From Parcubacteria group bacterium (lineage in GTDB: Bacteria > Patescibacteriota > Patescibacteriia > UBA2169), in the NCBI GenBank assembly GCA_016181765.1, contig JACOYR010000002.1, positions 1 through 63,828 of the forward strand: a DNA stretch of 63,828 bases. Direction: 5' to 3'. This document shows, one piece after another, positions 56,343 to 63,828 of this stretch. Position numbers and translations under genes: made by a program. Numbering within the stretch: the first letter of the stretch is position 1; each line of letters opens with the position of its first letter. The notes under the pieces are model-generated. The model was not told the origin of the DNA. It saw only the letters and a list, made by a program, of their open reading frames with translations, and did no database searches.

Positions 56343-57866
56343 TTAGCGCGCGTACTCTATGACACGGGTTTCGCGGATCACGTTCACTTTGATCTCGCCC
56401 GGGTACTTAAGCTCCGCCTCAATCCGATCCGCAATCTCGCGGGCCAGCTCGTGCGCACGGAAATCATCCACCTTGCCCGGAGTCACGAACACGCGGATTT
56501 CGCGGCCCGCCTGGATGGCGTACGCCTTTTCCACGCCCTCAAATCCGGTTGCAATGTCTTCCAGCTCGCCGAGGCGCTGGAGGTACTGCTCGTACGTGTC
56601 CTTGCGCGCGCCCGGGCGCGCGCCCGAAACCGCGTCCGCGACTTTCACGATCACGGTCTCAAGCTGGGCCGGGTGGTCGTCGTGGTGCGTGAGGCAAATC
56701 TGCGCAACCTCTTCGGGCAGGCCGAACTTCTTGCAGATGTCATACCCGATCTTGGGATGCCCGCCCTCAATCTCGTGGTCAACGGCTTTACCGATGTCGT
56801 GCAAGAGTCCGCCCTTGCGCGCGAGCTCAACGTTGGCGCCCAGCTCTTCGGCCAGCAATACGGACAGGTGCGCGATTTCAACAGAATGGGACAGCACGTT
56901 CTGGCCGTAGGATGTGCGGTACTTCAAGCGGCCGATGATCTGCACGAGCTTGGGGTGCAAACCCGCAACCCCGGCGTCGTAGGCCGCCGCCTCGCCCGCC
57001 TTTTTCATGTCAACCGCAATTTCCTTTTTGGCCTGCTCCACGGTCTCCTCAATGCGGCCCGGGTGGATGCGGCCGTCAACCATCAAGCGCTCCAGCGCTT
57101 TCTTGGCCAAGTGCCTGCGGATCGGCGAGAAGCCGGAAATCATGAGCGTCAGCGGGGTCTCATCAATAATCACCTCAACGCCGGTGAGCTGCTCAAGGGT
57201 CTTGATGTTGCGGCCCTCTTTTCCGATGATGCGGCCCTTCATTTCATCAGACGGCAAAGTCAAAGATGTGGTCGTGGTTTCTACGGCGTGGTTGGATGCG
57301 CACCGCTCCATTGCCAAGGACAAGAGCTGGCGCGCTTTCTCGTCCCACTCGTCGCTCCCTACCTCATCCAGCTTGCGCAGCCTCGTGAGCAAGTCATCCT
57401 TGGCGCGGATCTCTATGTTCTCAAGCAGCACGTTCTTGGCTTCCTCCTGCGAAAGGCCGGCAACTTTTTCCAGCTTCTCCATCTGCTGGACCTTGATTGC
57501 CTGGATCTGCTCTTTGGCCGCATCCAGCTGCTTATCCTTTTCCGCGAGCGCGGTCTGCTTGCCTTCCAAATCCAAAAGCTTCTGGTCAAACAGGCTCTCC
57601 CGCTTTTCCAGCCTGTCCTGGCTCGCCATAACCTCGCGCCTGCGCGTTTCCTCGTCCCGCTTTGCCTCTTCAATCACTGCCAAAGCGCGGTCCTTGGCCT
57701 CAAGCAGGACTTCTTTTTCTTTTGATTTCGCCTCCTGGATAATCTGCTCTGCCCGCGCCTCTGCCGAAGACACGCTCCGCGTGGCCGCGAGCTTGCGCAC
57801 AATGTATCCCAACACAAAACCGCCCGCTACTGCTGCGACGATTCCTATGAGAATAAATGGGTTCAT
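56343..57866 (-). CDS. rny: Ribonuclease Y
   Basis: N-terminal TM helix, long coiled coil, KH (RIIGKEGRNIKTLE), HD (LLHDIGKAVDHE). Confidence 0.92.
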   Translation of the reverse strand: MNPFILIGIVAAVAGGFVLGYIVRKLAATRSVSSAEARAEQIIQEAKSKEKEVLLEAKDRALAVIEEAKRDEETRRREVMASQDRLEKRESLFDQKLLDLEGKQTALAEKDKQLDAAKEQIQAIKVQQMEKLEKVAGLSQEEAKNVLLENIEIRAKDDLLTRLRKLDEVGSDEWDEKARQLLSLAMERCASNHAVETTTTSLTLPSDEMKGRIIGKEGRNIKTLEQLTGVEVIIDETPLTLMISGFSPIRRHLAKKALERLMVDGRIHPGRIEETVEQAKKEIAVDMKKAGEAAAYDAGVAGLHPKLVQIIGRLKYRTSYGQNVLSHSVEIAHLSVLLAEELGANVELARKGGLLHDIGKAVDHEIEGGHPKIGYDICKKFGLPEEVAQICLTHHDDHPAQLETVIVKVADAVSGARPGARKDTYEQYLQRLGELEDIATGFEGVEKAYAIQAGREIRVFVTPGKVDDFRAHELAREIADRIEAELKYPGEIKVNVIRETRVIEYAR

Positions 57867-58155
57867 ATACTATCTCTCAAACGCAGACACCGATGAGATA
57901 GTATGGATAGAAGAAGATGGGTTGCCAGAAATCACGAACAACGTGCGCTCTCCAAAAGGCGGCTATTCCAATCCAATAGGGGAAAACGCTATGAACATGG
58001 TTTCTATTTTTCTTGACGTTTTAGCAAAAACCTAAGGGGTTTGTTGCGGCAATTCTATCCAAGACTATCGGGCTACGGTAAACTGCTCAATTAATAATTA
58101 CCTGTATTGAGCTTACCACAAAGGATTTTGCGTGTCAAGGCGGCTATGGCCGGCC

Positions 58156-58764
58156 CTATTCAATGATTTTATCAACCAATCCGTACTGCTTGGCCTCTTC
58201 CGCGGTCATAAAAAAATCGCGGTCCGTGTCCTTCTCAATTTTGGCGATGTCCTGGCCCGTGTGTTTCGCCAAAATCTGATTGAGGCGTGCGTGCAGCTTT
58301 AAGATGTGCTCGGCCCGGATTTTGATGTCCGATGCCTGGCCCTCGGCGCCCCCCATGACCTGGTGCAGCATGACCTCGGAGTTCGGAAGGCTAAAGCGCT
58401 TGCCTTTTGCGCCGGATGCGAGCAGTGTGGCTGCCATGGACGCCGCGATCCCCACGCAGATGGTTGAGACGTCGGACGTAACGTACTGCATGGTGTCGTA
58501 GATGGCAAGCCCGGCCGTGACCGAGCCCCCCGGAGAGTTGATGTACATCTTGATGTCCTTTTCCTGTCCTTGAGAATCCAAAAACAAAAGCTGGGCAATG
58601 ACCGTGTTTGCAAGATCATCGTAAATGCCCGAACCCAGGAATATGATGCGCTCCTTTAAGAGGCGCGAGTAGATGTCGTACGCCCGCTCCCCTGCGTGCG
58701 ACTTTTCAATGACGGTCGGGATCAGGTGAAAATTATGCGGTTCCTGTGGCATAGCATTATTCAA
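58156..58764 (-). CDS. clpP: ATP-dependent Clp protease proteolytic subunit
   Basis: ERIIFLGS..., [19 protein letters not shown] (Ser), MLHQVMGG (His). Confidence 0.95.
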   Translation of the reverse strand: MNNAMPQEPHNFHLIPTVIEKSHAGERAYDIYSRLLKERIIFLGSGIYDDLANTVIAQLLFLDSQGQEKDIKMYINSPGGSVTAGLAIYDTMQYVTSDVSTICVGIAASMAATLLASGAKGKRFSLPNSEVMLHQVMGGAEGQASDIKIRAEHILKLHARLNQILAKHTGQDIAKIEKDTDRDFFMTAEEAKQYGLVDKIIE

Positions 58765-59713
58765 TTATTTTCCAGCCGTGTTCCGTTTCCGTAATGGTGC
58801 CCTTGACGGTAAAGCCCGCTGCTTTGGCGTGGCCTCCTCCGCCCATCAGTTTAGCAATTTGCGACACATCAATCAATTCATGGGTCGTGCGCAGGGAGCC
58901 TTTCACGGTGCCGTCCGGCAGCTCGCGCAGGAGCATGGACATCTTGACGTCCGCCAAATGGTTGAGTAGTGATGCCACGCCTTCGGCATCATCCGGTTCT
59001 GCGCTGCACTCGGCAAAATCGCTATGCCGCAGCACGGTCACGGCAATGCCCTTCTTGGGATCCAAGCGCAAGCGCTCCAGGGCGCGTCCCCAGAGCTTGA
59101 GGGACGCCAGGGACTTGTTGCGCATGGTGTTGGCCGTAAGGTCCTTAAAGTTCGCGCCGAGTTTCAATAACTCTGACGAGACTGCCAGTGATTCGGGCGT
59201 GGTGCCTAAATTAGTAAACGCGTCCGTGTCCGTATACACCCCGGCCAAAAGGCAGGTTGCTGTATTCTTATCAATCGCGAATCCATCCTCAACGAAAAAC
59301 TGGTACAAAATCTCCGCGGTTGCGGCGCGCTTCTCAAACACCACATTCACAGTTCCGTACCGCGGGTTGCTTAGGTGGTGGTCAATGTTCAGGACCACGC
59401 GCCCGGCAAGCTCGTCGCGGAGGGTAGTACCGGCCATGCTCAAGTCCCCGCAGTCAACCATGACCACCGCAGAAGCCTGCTTCCAAAAATCATCCCCCGG
59501 CTTTCGTATGGTGTCCGCGCCGGGCAGGAACTTCAGCGCTCCCGGCACTTCGTCAACGCAGTAGCTCTGGACCGGCGCGCCCAGGCGCACAACGTAGGAA
59601 GCGAGCGCCAAAAGCGAGCCAATGGCGTCCCCGTCCGGCCGCTTGTGTGTGATGAGCGCAATTGGCGCATAGCGCTCAAGCGCTTGTTTGAATTGGGCAA
59701 ACTCTTCTCGCAT
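58757..59713 (-). CDS. nrnA: DHH/DHHA1 phosphoesterase (NrnA-like)
   Basis: [29 protein letters not shown]. Confidence 0.8.
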   Translation of the reverse strand: MREEFAQFKQALERYAPIALITHKRPDGDAIGSLLALASYVVRLGAPVQSYCVDEVPGALKFLPGADTIRKPGDDFWKQASAVVMVDCGDLSMAGTTLRDELAGRVVLNIDHHLSNPRYGTVNVVFEKRAATAEILYQFFVEDGFAIDKNTATCLLAGVYTDTDAFTNLGTTPESLAVSSELLKLGANFKDLTANTMRNKSLASLKLWGRALERLRLDPKKGIAVTVLRHSDFAECSAEPDDAEGVASLLNHLADVKMSMLLRELPDGTVKGSLRTTHELIDVSQIAKLMGGGGHAKAAGFTVKGTITETEHGWKIIE

Positions 59714-59752
59714 AGCCAGGCAGACTACCACACCCAGAGCGCTGTGGCAAGC

Positions 59753-61789
59753 CTACTTCACCACGCGCTCTTCTTCAACAAAACAGTTCAAAATATCGCC
59801 CTCGCGGAACCCGCGCGCCCCTGCCACCTTCATGCCGCCTTCAATGCCCTCTTTCAGTTCAGGCATGGGCTGTTTGTTCTGCTGGAGCTCCATAATTTTT
59901 CCCTCATCAATGGGGTCTCCGTTCCGCAGCAGCCTAAATTTCGCAGACGCAGTAATGGGCGCGCGCTTGACCCGTCCGCCGATGATGGACTCGGCCTTGG
60001 AATCCTTGAACACCTTGAGTACCTCAAAGTCGCCCTGCGGCACTTCCACGATCTCGGTTTTTATGAACTGCTTGAGGCGCGCGGCCGCATCATCCAAAAG
60101 CTCGTAAATGATTTTGGAAATTTTAATTTCGGATTTCCGGTTGTAGCTCGCCTGCTTTGCCTCCGGGGAAAGCTGAACGCTGAATCCGTAAATCACGGCA
60201 TGTTCGGCTTCCGCGAGCAGCACGTCCGACTCCGTGATGTTGCCCAAGCCCTGCTTGAGGATTGCGACGCGCACGTCCGGGCGCTCCAGATGCTTGAGGG
60301 ACGCGATGAACGCCTCCAGCGAGCCGAGCACGTCCGCTTTGATGATCACGCTGAACTCCGGAACCTTTGGCTTGTCGCCCTCCTGGCCCGCCGCCTCCCC
60401 GCCGGAGAGGCGGGAAGAAGCAGAACCCTTCGGGGCCTTTTCAATAGGCGTGGCAGCTTCTCCAGTATCAACCAAGTGGTACTGCTTGGTGCTCTTCTTG
60501 CGCATGGCCCTGCCAACCTCGCCCACGTTCAGGATGTCCCCCACTGAAGGCGTGCTCTTTAAGCCCAAAATTTTAGCGGGCATGGAGGGCGTTGCCGCAT
60601 CAATGTTCCCGCCGTTCCAGTCTTTGAGCGCCTTGATCTTGCCGAAGGTTTCGCCGATGACCACGCTATCCCCGACCCGCAACGTGCCCTCGTGCACCAA
60701 GACCGTGGCAACCGGCCCTTCGCCGCGGTCCACGTGGGACTCAATGATAACGCCCTGCGCCGCTTTGGAGGCGTCCGCGGTAAAGGTTTCCAAATCAGCC
60801 ACCAAAAGCACCATGTCCAAAAGCTCGTGGATGCCCTCGCCCTTTTTGGCGGACACCTGGGCAGTCACCACCTTGCCGCCCCAGTCCTCGGGGTTCAGGT
60901 TGATTTCGGTGAGCTCTTTCTTGACGCGGTCAACATCAGCCCCGGGCTTGTCTATTTTGTTGATGGCAACCACGAACGGCAGATTCTCTTTCTGTATCAC
61001 GTTGATGGATTCCAATGTCTGGGGCTTGAGGCCGTCGTCCGCCGCAACCACGAGAATGGCAACGTCAGCCACCTGGCCGCCCCGCTCGCGCATGGCCTTG
61101 AATGCCTCGTGCCCGGGCGTATCCAGGAAGGTGATGATGCGGCCTTTCTCTTCCACTTGGTACGCGCCGATGTGCTGGGTGATGCCGCCGGACTCGCCTG
61201 CCACCACATTGGTTTTGCGGATCGCGTCCAGGAGCGTGGTTTTGCCGTGGTCAACATGTCCCATGACCACCACCACGGGCGGCCGGACCGAACCTGCCTT
61301 AGCTTCCCTGCGCTTTGCCTTAAGGTCGCGCAAAGTCTCTCTGCCCGCTTCGGCTGCTGTTGCGGCGGCTTGGCCCCGCACAGCCTTGAACCCGTAGTCC
61401 TCGGCAACGATTGACGCGGTTTCAAAGTCAATCTGCTCGTTCAAGCTCGCCATGATGCCCTGCTTCATCAAATACCCGATGAGGTGCGGCACGGCGGTGC
61501 CGAGCTTCTGCGCGAGGTCGTTGACGGAAATTTTTTCGGGGACCGCGAGCTCTCTCTGCGGGGCGTCCTTGCGCGCTTCCGCGGCCTGGCGGACCGTTGC
61601 CTGCTTGTCCATTTTTTCGCGCAAGCGCTCGTGCCGCGCCGCCTCGCCCCAGGCGCGCTTGATGCGCTCTGCCTGGGCCGTGTCCACTTTAATGGCGCGC
61701 AGGCCAATGTCAAAGCCAAGCTCCGGAAGTTTTTCCAAAAGCTCTGTCCTGGTGGTGCCGAGTTGCCGCGCGAGTTCCGTTACGTTCAT
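59753..61789 (-). CDS. infB: Translation initiation factor IF-2
   Basis: GTPase motifs VVVVMGHVDHGKTTLLD, DTPGH, NKID. 678 aa. Confidence 0.95.
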   Translation of the reverse strand: MNVTELARQLGTTRTELLEKLPELGFDIGLRAIKVDTAQAERIKRAWGEAARHERLREKMDKQATVRQAAEARKDAPQRELAVPEKISVNDLAQKLGTAVPHLIGYLMKQGIMASLNEQIDFETASIVAEDYGFKAVRGQAAATAAEAGRETLRDLKAKRREAKAGSVRPPVVVVMGHVDHGKTTLLDAIRKTNVVAGESGGITQHIGAYQVEEKGRIITFLDTPGHEAFKAMRERGGQVADVAILVVAADDGLKPQTLESINVIQKENLPFVVAINKIDKPGADVDRVKKELTEINLNPEDWGGKVVTAQVSAKKGEGIHELLDMVLLVADLETFTADASKAAQGVIIESHVDRGEGPVATVLVHEGTLRVGDSVVIGETFGKIKALKDWNGGNIDAATPSMPAKILGLKSTPSVGDILNVGEVGRAMRKKSTKQYHLVDTGEAATPIEKAPKGSASSRLSGGEAAGQEGDKPKVPEFSVIIKADVLGSLEAFIASLKHLERPDVRVAILKQGLGNITESDVLLAEAEHAVIYGFSVQLSPEAKQASYNRKSEIKISKIIYELLDDAAARLKQFIKTEIVEVPQGDFEVLKVFKDSKAESIIGGRVKRAPITASAKFRLLRNGDPIDEGKIMELQQNKQPMPELKEGIEGGMKVAGARGFREGDILNCFVEEERVVK

Positions 61790-61800
61790 ACTTCTGATTT

Positions 61801-61860
61801 CCCCTCCTTACCAAGAGCCTGTCCCGAGTATTCCCGAGGGAAGGGGACTAAGGGGTGGTT
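61801..61860. repeat. G-rich hairpin repeat, copy 4 (expanded loop), overlapping the infB SD
   Basis: CCCCTCCTT ... GGGAAGGGGACTAAGGGGTGGTT. Its minus-strand AAGGAGGGG lies 10 nt before the infB ATG. The loop contains the 27-nt repeat also present at 1503-1531. Confidence 0.7.
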
Positions 61861-61934
61861 AATAAAACTATTACAGTCTACCGAAAATTAAGCATTTAGT
61901 CAATGCTTTGCTGAAACAATGGCGCTGTATCAAC

Positions 61935-62432
61935 CTATTCAACGCGCACCACGCGATACCTTGTTTCGCCGTTTTTTGTTTTGATGATTGCCTCATCCCC
62001 TGCGCGCTTTCCCATAAGCGCCGCACCGATTGGCGACTGATAGGAAATAATCCCGCTCTCGGGCTTGGCTTCGGACGAACCCAGGATGCGGAACGCCTTT
62101 TGGCTTCGGTTTGATTCAACCGTCACGGTGCTGCCCAGGTGCACGGCGCCGTTTGCGGAACCCGGAGTGATGATGACAGCCTGGTTCAGGTGCGATTTGA
62201 TTTCCTCCATGGCACGGTTCAATCCGCGCAGCTTGCCCTTGGCAATCTGGTATTCCGCGTTCTCGGAAAAATCCCCGTTCTCCGCAAGGCGGGCCACTTC
62301 TTTCACGAGCGCCGGGCGCGACTGCTTCATGCGGCTAAGCTTTGATGAAAGCTCATCAAATTTCTCCCGCGTCATGTGCGGATCAACGGAGGGGTGCGTG
62401 TACTTTTCGGACTTGCGGATGGGTACTCTCAT
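61935..62432 (-). CDS. greA: Transcription elongation factor GreA
   Basis: MTREKFDELSSKLSRMK..RPALVKEVARLAENGDFSENAEYQIAKG...PIGAALMGKRAGDE. Confidence 0.85.
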   Translation of the reverse strand: MRVPIRKSEKYTHPSVDPHMTREKFDELSSKLSRMKQSRPALVKEVARLAENGDFSENAEYQIAKGKLRGLNRAMEEIKSHLNQAVIITPGSANGAVHLGSTVTVESNRSQKAFRILGSSEAKPESGIISYQSPIGAALMGKRAGDEAIIKTKNGETRYRVVRVE

Positions 62433-62436
62433 GCCT

Positions 62437-63300
62437 TTAGTATAACTCGCCAGTGAGCCGATCAATCACCTGAGTTCCATCCCAACATGCGGGAACCAAC
62501 TCCCATGGAACACTATGCTGATCCAGTAGCATGCAGTCTGGAGACTCCTGGCCGGTATAGATTTCTTTAAATTGTCCGGCTGTCTCCCCAAGAACCACGT
62601 AGTATCCGGTTCTCGCCAATCCGACTTCCACCCGATAGAAATCCCCAGAACTGTCAATATGCTCAATAGTGGCATTCATGTGCTGAAACTTGAGGGTATC
62701 CAAAAACGGCTTTTGTTCCTGTAAATTTTTAGCGATCGTCTCACGACTGGTGCATGCAATACTCATTGATATGGACGAGTCAGACCCCCAAATATCCGTA
62801 TTTACTCCGACAGAACACGCCTCATCATCGTTTTCATAGGGCTTCGCATAATCGTACAGCGCATAATCGTTCTCCGTGCCCGAATAGTTCGCTTGGTTCA
62901 ATGTATATCCGTTGTCCTCAAACTTTTTGGAGGCGATAGTAATAATGTCCGAAAAATCAGAATCGGTTTCCGGAGAATCATCCGCGGACGCGTACCATTT
63001 TTTATTAATCACGATGGCTTCGTAGGGAGTGTTCGAGAGCGTGTAGCCCTCATCCGTTATCCACCGCATGTATGCATCTTCACTGCGATTCACCTGAATG
63101 CCGCTTCGTACGCCGATACTATTCACAATAGATCTAAGTACATCATTCTGGAACCCAAGTAAATCCGCACGAGGCACAGTGCTCATAGCTAGCTCCGGCT
63201 CTGCGTGTCTGCGCAATACCAAAAATCCCGCCAATACGGCAATGACGCATAGTATGACAATCACAATAAAATATGTGGACTTCCTGCTCACATCTATCAC
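62437..63300 (-). CDS. Membrane-anchored hypothetical protein (287 aa)
   Basis: N-terminal TM helix (YFIVIVILCVIAVLAGFLVL). No recognised motif. Confidence 0.6.
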   Translation of the reverse strand: MIDVSRKSTYFIVIVILCVIAVLAGFLVLRRHAEPELAMSTVPRADLLGFQNDVLRSIVNSIGVRSGIQVNRSEDAYMRWITDEGYTLSNTPYEAIVINKKWYASADDSPETDSDFSDIITIASKKFEDNGYTLNQANYSGTENDYALYDYAKPYENDDEACSVGVNTDIWGSDSSISMSIACTSRETIAKNLQEQKPFLDTLKFQHMNATIEHIDSSGDFYRVEVGLARTGYYVVLGETAGQFKEIYTGQESPDCMLLDQHSVPWELVPACWDGTQVIDRLTGELY

Positions 63301-63302
63301 TC

Positions 63303-63425
63303 TTAATTATCCCGCTTCTCAAACGTCTCTTTTTTCTTTTCCTTTATGCGCCGGACAATCAAGTACACTAAAAACGCCGCGATGACCCCGTAGAACAGTA
63401 TCACAAACAATGCTCCGCCGTTCAT
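63303..63425 (-). CDS. Possible 40-aa membrane peptide
   Basis: Hand translation: MNGGALFVILFYGVIAAFLVYLIVRRIKEKKKETFEKRDN. Packed tightly between two minus-strand genes. Confidence 0.3.
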   Translation of the reverse strand: MNGGALFVILFYGVIAAFLVYLIVRRIKEKKKETFEKRDN

Positions 63426-63429
63426 ATGG

Positions 63430-63744
63430 TTATGAAAGCTTTACCGCGGTGCCATATACCAGAATCTCGGACGCAGCCTGCATGATCATGGACGTGTGCA
63501 TGCGCACATTGATGACCGCATCCGCGCCCAGCTTTTCCGCATCCTGCTGCATGCGCTGGAGCGCCTGCTCGCGCGACTCTGCCTGCAGCTGGGTGTACTC
63601 CGTGATTTCGCCGCCCACGATGTTCTTAAAACCCGCGAGTACGTCCCGGCCAATGCTCCGCGCCCGCACTGTGCTGCCCCGCGCAATTCCCAGAATCTCG
63701 CTAACTTCTTTTCCGGGGATATGCTCCCCTGTGGTGAGTATCAT
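63430..63744 (-). CDS. YbjQ/UPF0145-family protein
   Basis: MILTTGEHIPGKEVSEILGIARGSTVRARSIGRDVLAGFKNIVGGEI..YGTAVKL. Confidence 0.8.
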   Translation of the reverse strand: MILTTGEHIPGKEVSEILGIARGSTVRARSIGRDVLAGFKNIVGGEITEYTQLQAESREQALQRMQQDAEKLGADAVINVRMHTSMIMQAASEILVYGTAVKLS

Positions 63745-63828
63745 ATGGTTCGTTTAATGCTGCCTTGAGTATAGCAAAAAATCAGCTTTTAATCAGTAAG
63801 AGCTTCTCTTTCCGTGACAGCGCCATGC

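Noticed and set aside
55962-57725. 587-aa plus-strand ORF (and 57007-58035)
   Set aside because: It is antisense to RNase Y, which has unambiguous KH/HD motifs. The sequence is Leu/Arg-rich and low-complexity.
59375-61414. Several 240-390-aa plus-strand ORFs
   Set aside because: They are antisense to infB and the DHH phosphoesterase gene, so they are shadow ORFs.
1-63828. CRISPR arrays, rRNA genes, transposases, integrases of IS type
   Set aside because: Reading both strands, I found no regularly spaced direct repeats with unique spacers, no rRNA-like conserved stretches, and no DDE/HUH/serine-recombinase motifs.

Overview
The window is 63.8 kb and gene-dense, with most genes on the minus strand. 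The core is housekeeping: rel, parAB, guaB/guaA, efp, ndk, gmk, maf, ksgA, tsaC, leuS, lspA, pnp, rpsO, xerC-like, rny, clpP, nrnA-like, infB and greA. There are five tRNAs, all with encoded CCA. Several large secreted or surface proteins are present, including a 2684-aa Cys-rich giant.

My inference, which I cannot verify here, is that this is a small-genome bacterium of CPR/Patescibacteria (Parcubacteria-like) style. The basis is the short forms of rel and IMPDH, the GTCATTGCGAG-type intergenic inverted repeats, the Tsp3/Fn3 surface proteins, and the mix of leaderless and strongly SD-led genes.

An accessory island at about 11.1-19.6 kb carries at least five toxin-antitoxin modules: AbiEi/AbiEii, MntA/HepT, DUF3368-PIN/UPF0175, HicAB and DUF2283.

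The most interesting item sits inside that island. It is a repeat-bounded cassette with a strong promoter, a 20-codon Cys-rich micro-ORF, a hairpin, a radical SAM/SPASM enzyme and an AT-rich nucleotidyltransferase. It is followed by two promoter-to-terminator units that are mostly non-coding.

Other notable signals:
- A G-rich hairpin repeat occurs four times. Two copies lie in frame inside guaA and ksgA, and one supplies the infB Shine-Dalgarno.
- A Bro-N gene is bracketed by the two arms of an inverted-repeat element.
- A secreted protein carries both dockerin-like and T9SS/FlgD-Ig-like C-terminal domains and sits next to the giant protein.
- A recurrent promoter geometry places a -10 box 6-10 nt from the ATG, which implies leaderless mRNAs.

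I saw no rRNA, CRISPR array or transposase. All functional calls come from reading motifs by eye; no searches were run.
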